The position numbers and the translations under genes are program-made. From the NCBI RefSeq assembly GCF_028368995.1, contig NZ_JAQNDL010000001.1:1920001-1984000 (forward strand): a stretch of DNA of 64,000 nucleotides, read 5' to 3'. This stretch comes from Nannocystis bainbridge. Lineage in GTDB: Bacteria > Myxococcota_A > Polyangia > Nannocystales > Nannocystaceae. Below are positions 59,900 through 64,000 of the stretch, piece by piece; the first letter of the stretch is position 1; every line of letters begins with the position of its first letter. Under the pieces are notes generated by a model. It searched no databases, was not told the DNA's origin, and saw nothing but the letters and a program-made list of their open reading frames with translations.

Positions 59900-61453
59900 T
59901 CACGGGCACAGCTTCATCAGCACCGTGTCGTAATCGTCGGCCGGCCCGACCAGGTGGCCGTCGAGCGCCATCGAGTCGCGGAACTGCCCCGCGACGTACA
60001 CCGCGCCCGCGGCGTCGAGCGCGACCTCGGAGCTGACCCCCCAGCTCTCCGCCCCGAACGACCGCGCCCACCGGGTCGCGCCGTCGACCTCGAGCTTGGC
60101 CACGAAGCCGTCGACCGCCGGGTTGCCGCTCAGGGAGATGCCGCCGAGATCGATGCCGCTCTGGAACTGGCCGGCGAGGGCCGTCCTGCCGGCCGCGTCG
60201 CCGGCGATGTCGAGGAGCCCCTGCTCCTCGTGCTCTCCCTGTCCGAACGCCAGCTGCCGCAGCGGCGCGCCCTCGCCGTCGAGCGTCAGCAAGAAGCCGT
60301 CGACCGAGCCGCTGCTGCCCAGCAGCGCCCCGCCGAATTCCAGCCCGCCGAAGAACGAGCCGCCGACGTGGACCCGACCCACGCCATCGGCCGCGAGCGT
60401 CGGAAAGTACGGCATGTGGGCCGGGTCGCCCGTGCTCACCAGCATCGGCTGCGGCTGGCCGTCGGCGGCGAAGCGCGCGACATACATGCTCATGGTCGTG
60501 AACGGCATCGGCGGCTGGTCGTCGCTGAGCGCCGAATGCTCGAACCGGCCCGACACCCACACCACGCCGTCGCCATCGACCGCCAGCCCGGTCGACTCGA
60601 AGCTCCCCGGCGCGTCGACGCCCATCGCCTGGCTCCACACGTGTTCGCCCGCCGCGTCGAGCGTCACCACGAAGCTGTTGTTGCTGTCGGGCTGCCCGAT
60701 CTGCCCGCCGCCGAAGTCGGTGGGCGTGCCGATGTCCGCCGCGAAGACCGTCTCGCCGTGCACGGCCGCGATCTGGGACACCCTGCCGACGGTGGCCATG
60801 TCCGAGCCCGCGAAGCTGCGGCTCCACAGGTGCTCGCCTTCGGGCGACAGCCGAGCGACGAGGACGTCCATGAAGCTCACCGCGGTCAGCTCTCCGCCGC
60901 CGAGATCGATCGAACCGCTGAACCGCCCGCCGAGCGCGATGCTGCCGTCGTCGTCGACCGCGACCTCGTCGATGCGCTGCTCGCCGAGACCGCCGAAATG
61001 GCGGCTCCACAGGTGATTGCCCTCGGTGTCGAACTTGGCCACGAACGCGTCGGGCCAATCGTCGGTGACGGCGAAGGTCTCACCGCCGAAGCTGGCGGGG
61101 TGGTGGAACTTGCCGACCAGGATCACATTGCCCCCGCCGTCGACGGCGAGGCCGAGCCCGTTGTAACCGGTGTCGGAGGCGGCGTCGAACTGCTTGATCC
61201 ACCGCACCTGGCCCGGCGCGCCGCAGAGCTCTTCCTCCGACTCGCCGTCGGTGCCGCTGCCGTCCGTCGTCGAGGTGCCGGTCGTCGAGGTGCCCGTCAT
61301 CCCCCCGCTCGTCGTCGGCGTCGCCCCCGTGGTCGACATGCCAGGCTCCTCATCCGTCGTCCCCGCGGACTCGGTGCTGTCCCCCGAATCCTTGGGCGGG
61401 CCACAGGCGAGCACGATCGAAGCGGCCAGGAATAACGGGCGGACAAACATCAT
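59900..61453 (-). CDS. SBBP-type beta-propeller lipoprotein
   Basis: VLAC lipobox, Thr linker, repeated DAFVAKFD..G.HLWSR.FGG / AVD..G.V...G.F. Confidence 0.85.
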   Translation of the reverse strand: MMFVRPLFLAASIVLACGPPKDSGDSTESAGTTDEEPGMSTTGATPTTSGGMTGTSTTGTSTTDGSGTDGESEEELCGAPGQVRWIKQFDAASDTGYNGLGLAVDGGGNVILVGKFHHPASFGGETFAVTDDWPDAFVAKFDTEGNHLWSRHFGGLGEQRIDEVAVDDDGSIALGGRFSGSIDLGGGELTAVSFMDVLVARLSPEGEHLWSRSFAGSDMATVGRVSQIAAVHGETVFAADIGTPTDFGGGQIGQPDSNNSFVVTLDAAGEHVWSQAMGVDAPGSFESTGLAVDGDGVVWVSGRFEHSALSDDQPPMPFTTMSMYVARFAADGQPQPMLVSTGDPAHMPYFPTLAADGVGRVHVGGSFFGGLEFGGALLGSSGSVDGFLLTLDGEGAPLRQLAFGQGEHEEQGLLDIAGDAAGRTALAGQFQSGIDLGGISLSGNPAVDGFVAKLEVDGATRWARSFGAESWGVSSEVALDAAGAVYVAGQFRDSMALDGHLVGPADDYDTVLMKLCP

Positions 61454-61770
61454 GGCTCGCAGCATACACCCGATCGCCGGGCCGCGATCCGGGGCGGAGC
61501 TCGCCGGGCGGATTGCCCCAGGCGCTGCAGATAACGGCGAGACCTTCGAGAATGGCGGGACTCGCCGCGACGGGTCGCTACATTCACGTCGCCGCCCCCG
61601 ATGCCTGCCTATCCACTGTCACGATCGCCGGGCTGCCCGCGGCGCGCACGCGAGGGAACCCACGCCCCCGGCCCCGGAGCTTGCTCGTTTCCGCACAACC
61701 GCGCCGACCGCGGATGCGATACCCTGGGGCCCACAAGGCCCAGCGGGCCGGAGAGACCGGAGGCCCAGAC

Positions 61771-62472
61771 GTGGAGCAGGACCGCAATTTCGTGTTCGAG
61801 CGCTATCTCCCGCTGCTCGATCCTGACAGCTTCTCCGACCTCGCTTTTTACCGCGAGCTCGAGCGCATCGGTTACCGCCAGATCTTGCTCGGCGGCACCG
61901 GCTCGGCCGACTTGCCGGGGCTGACGATGAAGATCAAGGAGCAGACCCGGCTGCAGGTCGTGCTCTACCCGGCCGGGCCCGACTCGCTGGCGCCGGCCGA
62001 CGTCGTGCTGCTGCCCGACGTGATGAACTCGAACTCGCACTACGCGCGGCCGTTCGGGTCCGGCTCGGTGGCCACGGCGATGCACGTGGCGCGTCGCGGC
62101 CTCAACTTCATCCCGCTGGCCTACTTCATCATGGGCAACAGCACCGCGCGCTGGTACTTCGACGCGTTCCTGGTCCCGTCGCCGAAGATCATCCTCGGCT
62201 ACGCCAATTATGCCCGCATGATCGGCTACCGCTACCTCGCGCTCGACTACGAGGACCCGGCGCTGGCGATCGACCCGGCCCTCATCGCCGCGCTCAAGCA
62301 GGTCTCCGGGCTCCACCTCGTCATCTCCGACGAGTTCGATCCGGCCAGCGGCGAGAAGGCGCTGCGCATGGGCGCCGACACCGTCGTGACGCCCTCCGAC
62401 ATGTACGAGGACGCCAGCGACCCGCTCCGCCTGGCCCGCGAATTCTACGACGCCCTGCTCAGGCCCGCGTGA
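61771..62472 (+). CDS. GGGP/heptaprenylglyceryl-phosphate synthase (PcrB)-like TIM barrel, divergent
   Basis: LLDPD, ILLGGT, VVLYP, ADVVLLP.VMNS, AYFI, GADTVV. Confidence 0.65.
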   Translation: MEQDRNFVFERYLPLLDPDSFSDLAFYRELERIGYRQILLGGTGSADLPGLTMKIKEQTRLQVVLYPAGPDSLAPADVVLLPDVMNSNSHYARPFGSGSVATAMHVARRGLNFIPLAYFIMGNSTARWYFDAFLVPSPKIILGYANYARMIGYRYLALDYEDPALAIDPALIAALKQVSGLHLVISDEFDPASGEKALRMGADTVVTPSDMYEDASDPLRLAREFYDALLRPA

Positions 62473-64000
62473 ACGAACCGCCGCACGACCCCGCAGGCAC
62501 GTCCCCCCGCCTGCGCCTGCTCACCCGCCCGCGCGCCGCCGCCGGGCCCGACCTGCCGCTGCCGCCCCCGCGCGAGCTGCTGCGCGTGTTCGCGGTGGCG
62601 ATCGCCATCGGCTCGACCGCGGCCGTCGTCGGCGCCTACTACATCACCGTCGCCACCGAGTTCCCGCCGGGCGCGCTGCCGCAATTCCTGGTCGTGCTCG
62701 CCGGCCTCGTCGTCACCTCGATCGCCGTCGTCTACCTCCGTCACCTCCGCTTCGTCGACCGCCTGGGACCGTGGCTGCGCCGCCCCGGCGACAGCGTCGA
62801 CCTCGACGCCTGGCGCCAGGCGCTGAGCTGGCCGGCGCGCATCTCGATCTTCATCGGCCTGTCGGCGGTGGCCGTCGGCCTCTGCGCGGCGGCGATCATG
62901 ATCGCCATCACCGGCGACGTCTGGCTCGGCCTCCACATCGCCGTCGGCGGGCTGCTCGCCGCGGTGCTCGACGCGATCTTCGCCTGGCTCTACACCGACG
63001 CCGCGACCCGCCCGCTGCGCCGGGCCCTGATCGCGCGCAGCCCGATGCTGCCGGTCATCGGCCCCGGGATCGTCCGCCTCGGCCTCGGCGCCAAGATGGC
63101 GATCGTGATCGTCGGCGTGCAGCTGGCCGGGGCGGTGATCTCGGGCACCCTGGCCTATCGCGGCGCGAGCGCGGCGATCGCCGCCCACGAGCCGTCGGCG
63201 CTGGCGCTGCACATCCTCGTGGTCACCGCGATCGGCCTGCTCGTCAGCCTCTCGGGCTGCTTGCTGGTCACGCGTCACACCACCGACCCGCTGCGCGAGC
63301 TGACCGACCTCGTCGGCACGCTGACGCCCGACCAGCTGTCGCGCCGCGCCCTGCCGATCGGCGGCGACGAGGTCGGCCAGCTCAGCGCCGCCGTCAACGG
63401 CATGCTCGGCGGCCTCGAGGAGCGCGACTTCATCAAGGACGCCTTCACCCGCTACGTCACCCGCCAGGTCCGCGACGTGGTGATGCAGGGCGGGCTCGAG
63501 CTCGGCGGCGAGCTCGTCACGGCGACGATCCTGATGGCCGACATCCGCGGCTTCACCCCGCTGGTCGAGCACATGCCGCCGAAGCAGGTGGTGCGGATCT
63601 TGAACCGCTACTTCACCGAGATGGTCGAGGAGTGCATGGAGCACGGCGGCCTCATCGACAAGTTCATCGGCGACGCGATCCTCGTGGTGTTCGGCGCCCC
63701 GGTCCGGCTCGCCCCCGAGCTCTCGGCCCGCGCGGCGGCCCGCGCGGCCCTGGGCATGCAGCGCCGGCTCGCGCAGCTCAACGCCGCGCTCGCGGCGGAG
63801 GGCTCGCAGCCGCTGCGGATCGGCGTCGGCGTCCACACCGGCGAGGCGATCGCCGGCAACATCGGCGCGCCGCAGCGGCTCGACTACACGCTGATCGGCG
63901 ACTCGGTCAACACGGCGACCCGCATCGAGTCGGCGTGCAAAGAGGTCGGCCACGACGTGCTGATCTCGGAGGTCACGCGGGTATTGCTCGGCGACGCGGC
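62469..64000 (+). CDS. Membrane adenylate cyclase (class III) with HAMP domain, truncated by window end
   Basis: Manual translation from GTG 62469: multiple TMs, HAMP (DEVGQL..AVN.M), ILMADIRGFT, IDKFIGDA, GVHTGE..AGNIG, DYTLIGDSVNTATRIE. Confidence 0.92.
   Translation, partial: MNEPPHDPAGTSPRLRLLTRPRAAAGPDLPLPPPRELLRVFAVAIAIGSTAAVVGAYYITVATEFPPGALPQFLVVLAGLVVTSIAVVYLRHLRFVDRLGPWLRRPGDSVDLDAWRQALSWPARISIFIGLSAVAVGLCAAAIMIAITGDVWLGLHIAVGGLLAAVLDAIFAWLYTDAATRPLRRALIARSPMLPVIGPGIVRLGLGAKMAIVIVGVQLAGAVISGTLAYRGASAAIAAHEPSALALHILVVTAIGLLVSLSGCLLVTRHTTDPLRELTDLVGTLTPDQLSRRALPIGGDEVGQLSAAVNGMLGGLEERDFIKDAFTRYVTRQVRDVVMQGGLELGGELVTATILMADIRGFTPLVEHMPPKQVVRILNRYFTEMVEECMEHGGLIDKFIGDAILVVFGAPVRLAPELSARAAARAALGMQRRLAQLNAALAAEGSQPLRIGVGVHTGEAIAGNIGAPQRLDYTLIGDSVNTATRIESACKEVGHDVLISEVTRVLLGDA

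Overview
Very GC-rich myxobacterial chromosomal window. Gene style suggests a Nannocystaceae/Plesiocystis-like organism: Thr-rich-linker lipoproteins, MYXO-CTERM-like and Cys-rich repeat proteins, PAS-STAS and DUF1552. About 50 CDSs; no rRNA, tRNA or CRISPR seen. Main blocks: (1) a complete plesiocin-type (group 2) graspetide RiPP cluster at 21.2-26.7 kb, with a four-core TTxxxxEE precursor whose last core carries Lys; (2) a divergent PolA with altered polymerase motifs; (3) a 10-kb operon of binding protein, porin, ExbBD, TonB and TonB-dependent receptor; (4) two tandem peptidoglycan hydrolases (M15B and SpoIID) sharing a near-identical FG-GAP propeller; (5) an ECF sigma locus; (6) a GGGPS/PcrB-like barrel with a remodelled phosphate site, coupled to an adenylate cyclase. 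A dispersed family of exactly 14-bp-period palindromic CATG arrays (about 9 loci) sits mostly just after stop codons and sometimes inside gene starts. Also present: an IS3-like remnant, a frameshifted FAD oxidoreductase, a His/Cys repeat mini-protein and a CxCH cytochrome. All calls come from motif recognition by eye; no searches were run.
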